A DNA stretch of 64,000 nucleotides, from assembly GCA_963827655.1 (NCBI GenBank), contig CAWHCF010000031.1, forward strand, positions 32,001 to 96,000, read 5' to 3'. Below are positions 1 through 9,451 of this stretch, piece by piece. Position 1 is the first letter of the stretch, and the number at the start of each line of letters is the position of its first letter. The translations under genes were made by a program, and so were the position numbers. The notes beneath the pieces are model-generated. The model searched no databases and was not told where the DNA came from. It saw only the letters and a list, made by a program, of their open reading frames with translations. This DNA comes from an uncultured Acidobacteriota bacterium. GTDB taxonomy: Bacteria; Acidobacteriota; UBA6911.

Positions 1-2
1 AC

Positions 3-110
3 GGGCAGGTCGAGGCGCAAGCTTACTTCTACAGCGACCCCGACCGGATCGCCCAGCATCCTGTCGTCGAGGGAGGGGACTGGGCTCTCCACGAGGGCCA
101 CCCACGATGA
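3..110 (+). CDS. 3' end of a gene running in from the left edge; gamma-glutamylcyclotransferase (AIG2-like) family C-terminus
   Basis: Frame 3 reads GQVEAQAYFYSDPDRIAQHPVVEGGDWALHEGHPR*; the 'A..Y.Y ... I..GDW' ending is typical of GGCT-like proteins. Confidence 0.5.
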   Translation, partial: GQVEAQAYFYSDPDRIAQHPVVEGGDWALHEGHPR

Positions 111-558
111 GGCCAGTCGATCTTCGTTTGGAGTATTCGAGTTCGATAGGACAAAGAACTCCGGCGCGATCCTGGCAGCCCAATGTCGTAGAATAAACCG
201 CTTGCGTCCTGTCCAACTGGGCCGGAGTCAGAGAAGGTTCCCTGGCGGTCCCGGGTTCTCTCTGGCGGAAAGGCATTTTCAGGCCGCGCGACTCAATGAC
301 AGCGCAACGACAATCCGAGGAGCCTGGTTCATGAGGGCGAACGACAGCCAGGCAGCACGAGTTCGAACTTCCGCGAAAACCTGCACAACGGCATGTCACC
401 GTCGCCGGTCGCGAGATCTGGCAAGCCTCTTCGTGAGGGTTCCGCGAATCTTCGGGCGGCCTCGAGCCAAAAGCCATTTTTGCGCGACTGGACTGGAGCG
501 CATTTTGGGCGGATAATCATCCAGGCAAACGATCTCCGACGGTTCCCGGAATAAAGCT

Positions 559-2577
559 ATGGCGACGCAAGTCATTCCCACGACGTGCCCGATGGATTGT
601 CCTGACACATGCGCGCTCGAGGTAAGTGTCGAGGACGGGCGCATCGCGAGCATTCGCGGTTCGAAGGATCATCCCACCACAAACGGGTTTATTTGCAGCA
701 AGGTTGCGCGCTTCGACCAGCGCGTATATCACGAGGCCCGCGCTCTTCATCCGATGAGGCGCGCGGGCGCGAAGGGTGAAGGGCGCTTCGAGCGAATTAC
801 GTGGGAAGAGGCGGTCGCCACCATCGTGGCGCGCTTCCGGGAAATTATCGCGCAACACGGCGCGGAAGCCATTCTTCCCTATCACTACGGCGGCTCGAAC
901 GGCTACCTGACCGATGGCTTCCTCGATGATTACTTCTTCGCGAGACTCGGCGCTTCGAGGCTGGCGCGCACGCTGTGCGCCACGCCGGCAACAGAAGTGG
1001 CCGTTGGCATGTACGGCAAAATGCCGGGCGTGGCATTTGAGGACTACGTCCATTCGAAGTGCATCATCATTTGGGGGGCGAATCCGAAGGCGTCTAACAT
1101 CCACCTGGTGCCGTTCCTGCGCCAGGCGAAGCGCAGTAATGCCTTCATCGCAGTGGTCGACCCCAAGCAGAACTTTTCGAGCGACGAAGTGGACCTGCAT
1201 TTGCCGGTCTACCCGGGCGCCGATTTGCCGCTGGCGCTGGGCATGATCCGCCTCTGGCACGAGCAAGGCCGGCTCGATCGTCAATTTCTGGAATCGCATG
1301 CGCTGGACTTGGAGCGATTGCTGGCGAAAGCGCATGAATGGCCGCTCGAACGAGCCGCGAGGGCGGCGCGCGTTCCGCCGGACGACATTCGGCGGCTCGC
1401 AGACGTATACGCCGGAGCGTCTCCAGCCGTGATCCGGGTCGGCTGGGGCCTGGAGCGCAATACCAATGGCGCGCAAGCGATGGCCGCCATCTTGGCGATA
1501 CCCGCGCTACTTGGCAAGTTCGGCGCGCGCGCCGGCGGCTATACGCTTTCCAACAGCGGCGCTATCAAACTCAACACTGCGAAACTTTTCGGCGCGCCCC
1601 TCGGGTGGAATACCCGCGAAGTGAACATGACACTGCTCGCCGACGTGCTCAACGGCGATCTTGACGGCAGGTTGCGTCCGCCCGTGAAGGCGTTGTTTGT
1701 ATACAACTGTAATCCCGCTGCAACGGTGCCGGATCAAGCCGGCGTGTTGCGGGGACTCGAGCGGGAAGACTTGTTCACCGTGGTGTTCGACCAGGTCATG
1801 ACCGACACGGCGGCTTACGCCGATTTGGTGCTGCCGAACACGACGTTCCTCGAGGCGTATGAGATTCGTCGCGGCTACGGCGCGTACACGATTGGTGGAT
1901 CGCAGCCGGTGATTGCGCGGCGCGGCGAGGCCAAGCCCAACGAAGAAGTGTTTGCGCTGCTGGGTCGCGCGATGGATTTCCACGACGAGCCGTTTACGTG
2001 GGATACGCGCACAAGCGTGCGCAAAATTGCGGCGGCAATCGAGATGCCCGGCGGTGAGCCCGTGGACCCGGAGGCCATGGAAGCCGGCCGCAACATGCGT
2101 TATGACTTCCCAGGATCCACGCCGGTGCAGTTTGAAACGGTATTCCCGGGGACGCCCGACAGCAAAATCCACCTGGTGCCGGCGTGCCTCGGTACGGCCC
2201 CGTTCGAATACGCGGATATCAGCAGCGACAAGTATCCACTGGCGCTGGTGTCGCCCGCCACATCAAGGATGATCACCAGCATGATGGGCGAATTCAATTT
2301 CAACGAGCTTTACCTGACACTCAACCCGGCGGACGCTGCGGCGCGCGGCATCGCCGAAGGCGACACCGTTCGGGCGTTCAACGATCTTGGCGAAGTGATT
2401 TGCCGCGCGCGGGTGAGCGACCGAGTGCGCCAGGGCGTAGCAAGCATGCCCAAGGGCGCGTGGCGCAAGTCTTCCGTCAACGGATTCACCGCGACCGCGC
2501 TGTGCCCCGCGACTGTGCAGATCACGGGCGGCGCCGCATGTTACAACGACGCCCGCATCGAAGTGACACGCGGGTAG
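559..2577 (+). CDS. Molybdopterin (bis-MGD) oxidoreductase, DMSO reductase superfamily, substrate unknown
   Basis: N-terminal CPMDCPDTC...C 4Fe-4S motif, GEGRFERITWEEA, WGANP, D..MTDTA..ADLVLP, C-terminal dinucleotide-binding domain (LNPADAAARGIAEGD); no Tat signal. Confidence 0.9.
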   Translation: MATQVIPTTCPMDCPDTCALEVSVEDGRIASIRGSKDHPTTNGFICSKVARFDQRVYHEARALHPMRRAGAKGEGRFERITWEEAVATIVARFREIIAQHGAEAILPYHYGGSNGYLTDGFLDDYFFARLGASRLARTLCATPATEVAVGMYGKMPGVAFEDYVHSKCIIIWGANPKASNIHLVPFLRQAKRSNAFIAVVDPKQNFSSDEVDLHLPVYPGADLPLALGMIRLWHEQGRLDRQFLESHALDLERLLAKAHEWPLERAARAARVPPDDIRRLADVYAGASPAVIRVGWGLERNTNGAQAMAAILAIPALLGKFGARAGGYTLSNSGAIKLNTAKLFGAPLGWNTREVNMTLLADVLNGDLDGRLRPPVKALFVYNCNPAATVPDQAGVLRGLEREDLFTVVFDQVMTDTAAYADLVLPNTTFLEAYEIRRGYGAYTIGGSQPVIARRGEAKPNEEVFALLGRAMDFHDEPFTWDTRTSVRKIAAAIEMPGGEPVDPEAMEAGRNMRYDFPGSTPVQFETVFPGTPDSKIHLVPACLGTAPFEYADISSDKYPLALVSPATSRMITSMMGEFNFNELYLTLNPADAAARGIAEGDTVRAFNDLGEVICRARVSDRVRQGVASMPKGAWRKSSVNGFTATALCPATVQITGGAACYNDARIEVTRG

Positions 2578-2674
2578 CCGCCGCGGGGTCCCGAGCGAGC
2601 GGGAGATCGCTTTTGGTTTGCTCTTTTCAGCGACTCCCAGGAGGCAGGGGCGGCATGCTCTTCGATTTCACTGA

Positions 2675-3217
2675 TCAGAATATTCGGCTCAGGGACAACT
2701 TCAGGTTTGGCAACTCAGGGGAGGAAAGAGTGGCGGTCTGAGGGTAGACACCGGCAGAAACGTAGCCGGTCTCGCTCCAGGTCAGGATTTCCACGGTTTT
2801 GGCCGCTGGATCCACGATCCAGTATTCTCGAACTCCATATTTCGCATACAGCTTCCGCTTGATATCAGCATCTTTCGATCGCGTCGACTCGGAGACGATT
2901 TCAATCACAAGGTCGGGCGGTCCCTGGATATTGGTCTTTCCGATGATTCCTAGCCGATCTTTTGAAATAAAGAGAATATCGGGCTGGACTACGTTTTCCT
3001 GAGACAGCACGACATCGCAAGGAGCATCCAATATCTCGCCAAGATCGTACCGCTCGACATGCTCGATCAAGGCCACTTCGAGTCTTCGGGAAACTCGTTG
3101 ATGGTAGACATCTGGCGCCGGAACCATGCACAGATCTCCCTCAAGAATCTCGTACCTTTTTTCATCGGACAAGAGCAGATAATCCTGGTAAGTGAATTTG
3201 ATATTCGCCTGTTTCAT
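2675..3217 (-). CDS. Uma2 family (PD-(D/E)xK) endonuclease-like protein
   Basis: RYEILEG...MVPAP...HQ, VQPDI, GPPDLVIEIVS, K..LYAKYGVREYWIVDP. Confidence 0.9.
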   Translation of the reverse strand: MKQANIKFTYQDYLLLSDEKRYEILEGDLCMVPAPDVYHQRVSRRLEVALIEHVERYDLGEILDAPCDVVLSQENVVQPDILFISKDRLGIIGKTNIQGPPDLVIEIVSESTRSKDADIKRKLYAKYGVREYWIVDPAAKTVEILTWSETGYVSAGVYPQTATLSSPELPNLKLSLSRIF

Positions 3218-3359
3218 GGCTTTTTCAGCCTACCACCCCGGCCACTGCAAATCAACGAAACGGCCAGAGGCGCCTTCATCCTCAGGGTCGTCCCGCATGG
3301 CTGGACGTCTGAACCAGAGCGTGAGCCTTGGTGGTTACTGCTCGTAAAGAAAGCCGCCA

Positions 3360-3594
3360 AGGGCTCGCGCAGAAATAACTTCACATTCTGGCGCGAGAGT
3401 CGGTGGTCAATTATGAACCGGTTTCTGTTAGCAGCGGACGCTCAGAATCGCGCCCCTTCGGGCTGCGGCCCGCAGACCCGCTGGCTTTGTTGCTCGCTCC
3501 TCACGTACCACCCCGGGTACGCATCGTCGCTCGCGCCTCGCCAGCGGGCCTGGGGCCCTGCAGCAGAATGCGAACTTATTTCTGCGCGAACCCT
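3360..3594. mobile_element. MITE-like non-coding element, 235 bp, 31-bp terminal inverted repeats
   Basis: Left AGGGCTCGCGCAGAAATAACTTCACATTCTG vs reverse complement of right end AGGGTTCGCGCAGAAATAAGTTCGCATTCTG (28/31); related copies at ~8908-9156 and 21844-21956. Confidence 0.75.
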
Positions 3595-3704
3595 AAGACG
3601 CAAAACCGAACCCTGACACCCTTCCTGTTGGCATCGAAGGCCCTATCCGATAGGATGTTATTTCCTAAATCGTGTATGACCTCAATCGACGGGCCGAATC
3701 AACC

Positions 3705-4802
3705 ATGAAAAACACACTAAACCTTTTGTTGACGCTGTCGCTCGTAACCATCACAGCTAACCCAGAGACTTTGGTGAAGGGTCGGCGTTCTCTGGTTCTC
3801 GATGGAAGGGCCGCGCAGGTCGTGGTCGACATCGCAGGGGGATCGATTGTGAGTTTCCAGTTCCAGGATCAGAAATTGAATCCTCTGGTGTGGGGAGAAA
3901 AGGGAGAGCAGACGGCACCTCGTCCGATGGGTCACTTCCTTTGTCTCGACCGTTGGGGGGCGCCTTCGGAAGCCGAAAAGAACAATGGCATGCCTTTTCA
4001 TGGCGAGGCGGCTCACGTTGTGTGGAAAGTCGTGAGTGATAGCGCAAAGGGCGATGGAGCGATACACGCCGAGATGGCCGCGGTTCTACCGATCGCCGGC
4101 CTGGAGGTAAAGCGGCGCGTCACCCTGCGGGAGAAGGAGGCAGTCCTTGCGGTGTCGGAGACCGTGACTAACCGGAATAAACTGGGCCGCCTCTACAACA
4201 TGGTGCAGCACCCGACGATCGGTCCACCTTTTCTGGATGAAACCACGCTGGTCGACTCTAACGCGCGCAAAGGGTTCATGCAGAGTTCTCCATTGCCCAA
4301 TCCGGAGGAACCGGCGGTGTACTGGCCTCAAGCCCTTAAGGAAAGCGAGACGGTGGACCTCCGGCGACTGGGAGATGATTCGATTCCCAATGTAGTGTCC
4401 TTCACCGTAGATGAGGAGAACGGCTGGGCCACGGCAAGCAACGCCGCAAAGGGCCTGCTCATTGGATACATCTGGAGGAATGAGGAATACCCCTGGTTCA
4501 ATGTCTGGCGACACGTCGAGAACGGCAGACCCCTGGCGCGGGGGCTGGAATTCGGAACTACGGGATTGCATCAGCCCTTCGGGGTTTTAGTAGCCAAGGG
4601 CCGCATTTTCGGCAGGCCGATTTACGGCCATTTGGACGCCAATGAGACCGTGAAGAAATCTTACGCGGTTTTCCTGTTCAAGATCCGGCAGGATTACAAG
4701 GGAGTGGCGGCAGTTATTTATAAGAACGGCAAGCTCGTGTTACGCGAGCGCGGTAGCAGCCCGGAGAGAGACCTGACGATGGAGGTTGGAGACCTGTTCT
4801 GA
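3705..4802 (+). CDS. Secreted hypothetical protein, probable galactose-mutarotase/aldose-epimerase-like fold
   Basis: Signal peptide MKNTLNLLLTLSLV; PFHGEA, ETVTN, QHPT, GLEFGT motifs resembling the mutarotase-like superfamily. Confidence 0.6.
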   Translation: MKNTLNLLLTLSLVTITANPETLVKGRRSLVLDGRAAQVVVDIAGGSIVSFQFQDQKLNPLVWGEKGEQTAPRPMGHFLCLDRWGAPSEAEKNNGMPFHGEAAHVVWKVVSDSAKGDGAIHAEMAAVLPIAGLEVKRRVTLREKEAVLAVSETVTNRNKLGRLYNMVQHPTIGPPFLDETTLVDSNARKGFMQSSPLPNPEEPAVYWPQALKESETVDLRRLGDDSIPNVVSFTVDEENGWATASNAAKGLLIGYIWRNEEYPWFNVWRHVENGRPLARGLEFGTTGLHQPFGVLVAKGRIFGRPIYGHLDANETVKKSYAVFLFKIRQDYKGVAAVIYKNGKLVLRERGSSPERDLTMEVGDLF

Positions 4803-4886
4803 TCGGACAAGCATTAACTACAGAGACACGAAGACGCGAAGAAACACAAATCATGTTATCCTTGAAATCCTTCGAGGAGATCGCCA

Positions 4887-5759
4887 ATGAAGTGGTTTGA
4901 CTATGCCAGGCCCTATTCGATCGGAGAGGCCGTGCAGCTGCTGTCGGGCGCAGGCGAGAAGGCGCGTGTGCTCGCCGGAGGCACGGACCTGCTCGTGCAA
5001 TTGAGGGCGGATCGGAAGCAGGCGGATCTCGTGGTCGACGTCAAGCGCGTCCGCGAGATGAACGAGATCAACTACAATCCGGAGAAGGGGCTCGCGCTGG
5101 GAGCGGCGGTCCCCTGCTATCAGATCTATGGCAACTCCTCGCTGAGGGAAAAGTATCCCGCTCTCGCGGAAGTGGCATCGATCATCGGCGGAACGCAGAT
5201 CCAGGGCCGCGCCTCGATCGGAGGAAATCTGTGCAATGCGGCGCCGAGCGCCGATTCGGTTCCGCTGTTGATCGCCCTCCGGGCGCGATGCCGCATTGCA
5301 GGAGTCGCCGGCGAACGGGAGGTCCCGGTCGAGGAGTTCTGCACCGCTCCGGGCCGCACCATTCTGAAGCCGGGAGAACTGCTCGTGTCACTTCTTTTTC
5401 CTTCGCCCGCGCGGGGCGAGGGAGCCTGTTATATTCGCTTTATTCCGCGGAACGAGATGGACATTGCGGTAGCCGGCGCCGGAGTCGATGTCGTAATCGA
5501 CGACGGCGTCATTCGTTCAGCTCGCGTTGCCCTGGCCTCGGTCGCGCCCACGCCTCTTTTCGTGCGTGAAGCCGGGGAGTCACTGGCCGGCAGCGCGGCA
5601 GGCGCCGATGCCATTCAGCGCGCCGCCGAGATTGCCCAACAAGCGGCCAAGCCAATCACCGACATGCGCGGCACCGCGGACTACCGCCGGCATTTGTGCG
5701 CCGTGCTGGTGCGGCGCGCTTTGCATGCCGCGATCCAGCGGGCGAGGGAGGCCCGTTAA
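4887..5759 (+). CDS. Xanthine dehydrogenase/CODH family FAD-binding (medium) subunit
   Basis: LAGGTDL, IQGRASIGGNLCNAAPSAD, PITDMRGTADYRR. Confidence 0.92.
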   Translation: MKWFDYARPYSIGEAVQLLSGAGEKARVLAGGTDLLVQLRADRKQADLVVDVKRVREMNEINYNPEKGLALGAAVPCYQIYGNSSLREKYPALAEVASIIGGTQIQGRASIGGNLCNAAPSADSVPLLIALRARCRIAGVAGEREVPVEEFCTAPGRTILKPGELLVSLLFPSPARGEGACYIRFIPRNEMDIAVAGAGVDVVIDDGVIRSARVALASVAPTPLFVREAGESLAGSAAGADAIQRAAEIAQQAAKPITDMRGTADYRRHLCAVLVRRALHAAIQRAREAR

Positions 5760-5760
5760 G

Positions 5761-6246
5761 ATGCCCTTCAAGACCCAGGTGCGAACCATCATCAATGGAG
5801 AGGAGGTCGAGTTCCTGTGCGAACCTCGGCAGAGCCTCCTCGAATGCCTCCGCGACGTCGTTGGTTTGACCGGAACCAAGGAAGGCTGCAACGATGGGAA
5901 CTGCGGCGCCTGCACGGTTCTGCTCGACGGCAGGATAGTGACCTCCTGCCTCGTGCTCGGCGTCGAGGCTGAAGGAAGCCGCGTCACCACCGTCGAGGGC
6001 ATTGCCAGTGACGGCCGGCTGAATCCGATCCAGGAAGCGTTCCTGGAAGGAGCCGCCCTACAGTGCGGCATCTGCACGCCGGGGTTCATCGTGGCCGCGA
6101 AAGCTCTCCTGGATGAGAAGGCGAATCCTTCCGAACACGAGATCCGCTTGTGGCTTGCCAACAACCTCTGCCGCTGTACCGGCTATGACAAGATCGTAAG
6201 AGCGGTGCAGACCGCGGCGACAAAATCCCAGGAAGGTAGGACATGA
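5761..6246 (+). CDS. Xanthine dehydrogenase/CODH family 2Fe-2S (small) subunit
   Basis: GTKEGCNDGNCGACTV...SC, QCGICTPG, NLCRCTGY; ATG at 5761 immediately after previous stop. Confidence 0.93.
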   Translation: MPFKTQVRTIINGEEVEFLCEPRQSLLECLRDVVGLTGTKEGCNDGNCGACTVLLDGRIVTSCLVLGVEAEGSRVTTVEGIASDGRLNPIQEAFLEGAALQCGICTPGFIVAAKALLDEKANPSEHEIRLWLANNLCRCTGYDKIVRAVQTAATKSQEGRT

Positions 6247-8525
6247 CGACTGAAACGAAAACGGCGCCGCCACGTCAACAATTCAAGGTTATCGGGACAC
6301 GTCCAGTGCGCCATGACGGGACCGACAAGGTCACGGGCCGGGCGCTCTATGGCGCGGACGTCACCATGGCGGGCCTTCTGTACGGCGCGATCCTGCGCAG
6401 CCCCCATGCGCACGCACGCATCCGGTCGATTGACACCCGCAGGGCCGAGTCGCTGCCGGGTGTGAAGGCAATCATAACCGCCCGCGAGCTTCCGGAATCA
6501 GGCGATCGCATGGTAGACCTGGGAGAGGGCGAGACGCCGCTGAAGTACATCCGCGGAAACATCCTGGCCGCCGGCAAGGCTCTGTACCGGGGGCATGCGG
6601 TCGCTGCGGTCGCGGCGACGAGCCCTCACATCGCCGAAGAGGCCGCACGCCTCATCGAGGTCGATTACGAGGTACTCCCTTGCGCCCTCACGGCGCCGGA
6701 GGCGATGAACGACGGCGCCCCTCTTCTGCACGAGGACCTGAGAACCGAAGAGTTCGGCCAGCAGACGGAAAGGGCCAGCAACATCGCCGTACACATCCGT
6801 CACGAACTGGGGAACGTCGAGCAGGGTTTCTCCCAGGCGGACATTATCGTCGAGCGTGAATTCCACACCGCAACCGTGCACCAGGGTTATATCGAACCCC
6901 ACAACGCCACCGCCTTGTGGAATCAGGATGGTCGAGTCCATATCTGGTGCAGCACTCAGGGGGCGTTCACCGTGCGGGACGCGACCGCCTGCATTCTCGG
7001 TCTCCCGGTCTCGCAGGTGAAGGTAACGCCGACGGAGATTGGCGGCGGATTCGGCGGGAAGATCAACGTGTACCTCGAACCCGTGGCGGCGCTGCTTTCG
7101 AAGAAGACGGGAAGGCCGGTCAAGCTGGTCATGTCGCGCAAGGACGTCTTCGAGGGGACCGGTCCGACCCCGGGTTCCTTCATCCGAGTCAAAATGGGTG
7201 CAACTCGGGACGGAAAGATCTCGGCCGCGCAGGCCTATCTCGCGTATGAGGCCGGCGCCTATCCGGGTTCGATGGTGGGGCCTGGTGCGATGTGCGTATT
7301 CGCGGCCTACGATCTGGCCAACGTTCAGATTGACGGATACGACGTGGTGGTGAACAAGCCGAGCACGGCGGCCTATCGCGCCCCGGGCGCCACCAACGCC
7401 GCATTCGCGACCGAGAGTGTAGTCGACGAAATCGCCGAAAAACTCGCGCTGGACCCGATCGAATTCCGGCTGCGCAACGCCGCTCGTGAAGGAACGCGCC
7501 GGGCCGATGGGCCGAAGTACCGCCGCATCGGCTGTGTCGAGGTCCTCGAGGCGATCCGGAATCACCCTCATTACGCGGCCCCTCTCGCGGGACCCAACCG
7601 CGGACGGGGAGTGGCCGTGGGGTTCTGGTTCAACGTCGGTCTGGAATCGAGTTGCACCATCAGCGTCAATGCCGACGGCACCGTGAACCTGGTCGAAGGG
7701 TCGACGGACATCGGCGGGACCCGCACTTCTGTGGCGATGCAGGCCGCCGAAGTGCTGGGAATCCGGGCCGAAGACGTCCGGCCCACGGTGGTCGACACCG
7801 ATTCCGTAGGCTACACGTCGGTGACCGGCGGCAGCCGTACCACTTTTGCCACCGGGTTGGCCGCCATCGAGGCTGCTCGCGACGTCGTCCGTCAGATGCG
7901 CGAGCGCGCCGCGCGCATCTGGGAAGTAGACGTGGAGTCGGTCGAGGCGGAATCCGGTGTGTTCCGGTCCAAGGGCAAGCCGCAGTTGCAGCTCACGTTT
8001 GGCGAGCTGGCGGCTCAATTGAGCTCGGCCGGCGGTCCGCTCGTGGGCCGCGCGACCGTCAACGCGCGGGGAGTCGGGGGCTCGTTCGCGGGAAATATCG
8101 TGGATGTAGAACTGGATCCTGAGACCGGCAAGGTGACGATACTTCGGTTCACAGCCGTCCAGGACGCCGGAAAGGCGATTCACCCCAGCTATGTCGAGGG
8201 GCAGATGCAGGGAGGCAGCGTACAGGGGATCGGCTGGGCCCTGAATGAGGAATACTACATGAACGCCGAAGGCATGATGATGAACTCGAGTCTGCTCGAT
8301 TACCGCATGCCCACCAGCCTCGACGTCCCTATGATCGACACCGTAATCGTTGAGGTCCCGAATCCGGGGCATCCCTTCGGCGCCCGCGGAGTCGGAGAAG
8401 CCAACATCGTCCCGCCTCCAGCTGCGATCGCAAACGCCATCTATCACGCCGCCGGGGTCCGGATGAACCGTTTGCCGATGAACCCGGTGGCTGTCATGGA
8501 GGCCACCTGGAACAAGCGCGCATGA
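6243..8525 (+). CDS. Xanthine dehydrogenase family molybdopterin-binding (large) subunit
   Basis: KVTGRALY, RSPHAHARI, IGGGFGGK, AYRAPG, GGSRT, VEGQMQGG, GARGVGE; ATGA overlap with small subunit. Confidence 0.93.
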   Translation: MTTETKTAPPRQQFKVIGTRPVRHDGTDKVTGRALYGADVTMAGLLYGAILRSPHAHARIRSIDTRRAESLPGVKAIITARELPESGDRMVDLGEGETPLKYIRGNILAAGKALYRGHAVAAVAATSPHIAEEAARLIEVDYEVLPCALTAPEAMNDGAPLLHEDLRTEEFGQQTERASNIAVHIRHELGNVEQGFSQADIIVEREFHTATVHQGYIEPHNATALWNQDGRVHIWCSTQGAFTVRDATACILGLPVSQVKVTPTEIGGGFGGKINVYLEPVAALLSKKTGRPVKLVMSRKDVFEGTGPTPGSFIRVKMGATRDGKISAAQAYLAYEAGAYPGSMVGPGAMCVFAAYDLANVQIDGYDVVVNKPSTAAYRAPGATNAAFATESVVDEIAEKLALDPIEFRLRNAAREGTRRADGPKYRRIGCVEVLEAIRNHPHYAAPLAGPNRGRGVAVGFWFNVGLESSCTISVNADGTVNLVEGSTDIGGTRTSVAMQAAEVLGIRAEDVRPTVVDTDSVGYTSVTGGSRTTFATGLAAIEAARDVVRQMRERAARIWEVDVESVEAESGVFRSKGKPQLQLTFGELAAQLSSAGGPLVGRATVNARGVGGSFAGNIVDVELDPETGKVTILRFTAVQDAGKAIHPSYVEGQMQGGSVQGIGWALNEEYYMNAEGMMMNSSLLDYRMPTSLDVPMIDTVIVEVPNPGHPFGARGVGEANIVPPPAAIANAIYHAAGVRMNRLPMNPVAVMEATWNKRA

Positions 8526-8529
8526 TTGC

Positions 8530-8844
8530 ATGCCTACCGTTTACATACCGTCCCTGCTCCAGGATCTGACAGGAGGGAGGCGCGAGCTCGAAGTCGATGG
8601 AGCGTCGGTGCGCGAAATCATCGACAATCTCGAGCGCTCTTTCCCCGGCCTCAAAGAGCGTGTCCTCGAAGGAGACCATCTGCGCCCCAACATCTCGGTG
8701 GCCATCGACGGCGAAATAAGCCCGCTCGGTCTGTTAGAGCGGGTCGCGCCCCGGAGCGAGATCCACTTCGTCGCCGCGATTCGAGGCGGTAACAAATTGG
8801 GGACGTCTAAGACGTTTCCCAATTTCAAAGGAGCCAGGCAGTAA
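8530..8844 (+). CDS. MoaD/ThiS ubiquitin-like sulfur carrier (17-aa extension after the GG motif)
   Basis: VYIPSLL..LTGG, V.E.ID.LE..FPG, VAIDG, IHFVAAIRGG. Confidence 0.8.
   Translation: MPTVYIPSLLQDLTGGRRELEVDGASVREIIDNLERSFPGLKERVLEGDHLRPNISVAIDGEISPLGLLERVAPRSEIHFVAAIRGGNKLGTSKTFPNFKGARQ
8794..8825. repeat. REP-like palindrome
   Basis: AAATTGGGGACGTC-TAA-GACGTTTCCCAATTT. Confidence 0.6.
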
Positions 8845-8907
8845 CGAACTAAGAATTCTGTCGCGAAGACTAGCTATCGAAGAGCAACTTGACCCAGCTT
8901 CCCGAAG

Positions 8908-9156
8908 GGGCTCGCGCACGAGAAGTAGCTTCACAGGCGTGAGCGCGAGTGTCAGGCGGTCAAAGACAATGGAGCCATGAAAGGGTCGGTTCGCAAGAGC
9001 CAAGTCGCACGAGGATTTGTGCCGCCCCTTCGGCTGCGGCTCGCATGTCTACTGGCTCTGGAGACCTCGGGCCTCACGTACCGGGGCTATTTTCGCATCG
9101 GCGCTTCGGGCCTCAGAACCAGATGGAGGCTGGGTTCCTGCGACAGAATGCGAACT
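8908..9156. mobile_element. Degenerate copy of the 3360-3594 MITE-like element
   Basis: Starts GGGCTCGCGCA...CTTCACA, retains GCCCCTTCGG.CTGCGG and CCTCACGTACC, ends CAGAATGCGAACT. Confidence 0.55.
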
Positions 9157-9187
9157 AAAGCCGAAGCAGCAAGAAATGCAGTTAGAA

Positions 9188-9345
9188 CTACGCCAATGGC
9201 AGGTCGGTTTTCGCAAAATCGTCGCCCAAACACAGTAGTGGCTGTCCCGCAAGCTTGGCGACCGCATACGTCAGACAGTCCCCGAAATTCAGTGCCGCTC
9301 GGTGCCGGCCCCTCCCGAAGCGAGCGTAGGCGTCCACGGCCTCTC
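9188..9345 (-). pseudogene. C-terminal fragment of a VapC (PIN domain) toxin; N-terminus and antitoxin absent
   Basis: AYARFGRGRHRAALNFGDCLTYAVAK...PLLCLGDDFAKTD is the conserved VapC30-like C-terminus. Confidence 0.75.
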
Positions 9346-9451
9346 TCCAATGGTCCTCGACACGAAGAAACACCCGGATATTCGACATTCACCTCAAACA
9401 GATCGGCGTTATTCGCTCGACTCGTCTTATACTGGGCAAGGAGGTGCTGCC

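Noticed and set aside
202-310. 6S RNA, SRP RNA or Moco riboswitch
   Set aside because: Too short for typical 6S and lacks the recognisable conserved motifs of each; kept only as an unassigned candidate
4887-8525. Aerobic CO dehydrogenase
   Set aside because: Active-site loop is AYRAPG, not AYXCSFR, and there are no coxDEFG genes
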